Source of the DNA: a virus
Lineage: Duplodnaviria > Caudoviricetes
Direction: 5' to 3' (one strand)
IMG/VR virus record: IMGVR_UViG_3300005573_001626
Location: 1-25,365 of that record
DNA length: 25,365 bases
Below are positions 24,899 through 25,365 of the stretch, piece after piece. Position 1 is the stretch's first letter. Every line of letters starts with the position of its first letter. The notes below the pieces were generated by a model, which had not been told where the DNA came from, made no database searches, and was given only the letters and a program-made list of their open reading frames with translations. The translations under genes were made by a program, and so were the position numbers.

Positions 24899-25365
24899 GC
24901 GAGCAACTGACCGTGCGTTGCAAGTTCCACATCCGACGCGGTCGTCGCGGGGCGAAACAGCTCGGCTCGGGCGAGGCCCCCAAGCAGCCACCCATTGGCC
25001 GGGTTCCCCATGTTGCCCGGCTGATGGCCCTGGCCATCCGCTTCGAGCAACTCCTTCGTGACGGCGTGGTCAAGAGCCAAGCCGAGCTTGCCCGACTGGG
25101 CCACGTGAGCCGGGCCCGCTTGACGCAGATCATGAATCTCCTGAACCTCGCCCCGGATATTCAAGAGCAGATCCTCTTCCTGCCGCCGACGCAGAAGGGC
25201 CGTGATCCGCTCAGTGAGCCGGCGTTGCGGGTCATTACCACTGAGCCAACCTGGCAACGCCAGCGGATGTTGTGGCAGGCATTGGCAGTTCGCAAGGAGT
25301 TGCCTTCGGGCTGCGATGCCAACCTTGTTGTTAACCCAAAGGGGGGTGTTCAACGGAGAGTTTGA
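24895..25365 (+). CDS. Hypothetical HTH protein coupled to the recombinase
   Basis: ATGA overlap. SQAELARLGHVSRARLTQIMNLLNLAPDIQEQIL is an HTH of the ParB/KorB type. Confidence 0.75.
   Translation: MSEQLTVRCKFHIRRGRRGAKQLGSGEAPKQPPIGRVPHVARLMALAIRFEQLLRDGVVKSQAELARLGHVSRARLTQIMNLLNLAPDIQEQILFLPPTQKGRDPLSEPALRVITTEPTWQRQRMLWQALAVRKELPSGCDANLVVNPKGGVQRRV

Larger units (their letters stand above)
1..25365. mobile_element. Prophage / phage-like integrative element (partial; neither boundary visible in the window)
   Basis: Co-linear portal, terminase, replication, recombination, repressor and large serine recombinase genes. No host housekeeping gene was recognised in the window. Confidence 0.92.

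Overview
The whole window reads as part of a high-GC, lambda-like (GpA-terminase) prophage or phage-like integrative element. A Planctomycetes-type host is only my impression from the gene repertoire and cannot be proven from the sequence. A divergent control region at about 22.3-22.5 kb separates a rightward integration operon (small ORF, DUF2924-like protein, large serine recombinase, HTH protein) from a long leftward arm. The leftward arm starts with a LexA-like repressor, two uncharacterised proteins and an ECF-like sigma factor. It continues with a recombination module (PD-(D/E)XK exonuclease, Sak4-like AAA ATPase, DUF669, RusA, RadD-like helicase) and a DNA-modification block (ParB-Dam, ParB-MT-A70, PD-(D/E)XK nuclease, dATP/dGTP diphosphohydrolase-like protein). 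Next come a prim-pol/DUF3987 replicase, an iteron-like AT-rich region, a cosQ-like motif, a third ParB-methyltransferase and DUF1937. An oppositely oriented moron-like cassette (HARE-HTH, amidoligase, class II glutamine amidotransferase) follows, then the packaging genes (TerS-like, TerL, zinc ribbon, head-completion-like ORF, portal N-terminus). The most notable signals are a conserved bipartite promoter-like motif in front of three operons, tandem 16-bp palindromes upstream of lexA, three different ParB-fused methyltransferases, a TerS-like domain duplicated onto the TerL N-terminus, and a duplicated ~100-bp leader in the moron cassette. All family assignments come from motif recognition by eye, not from database searches.
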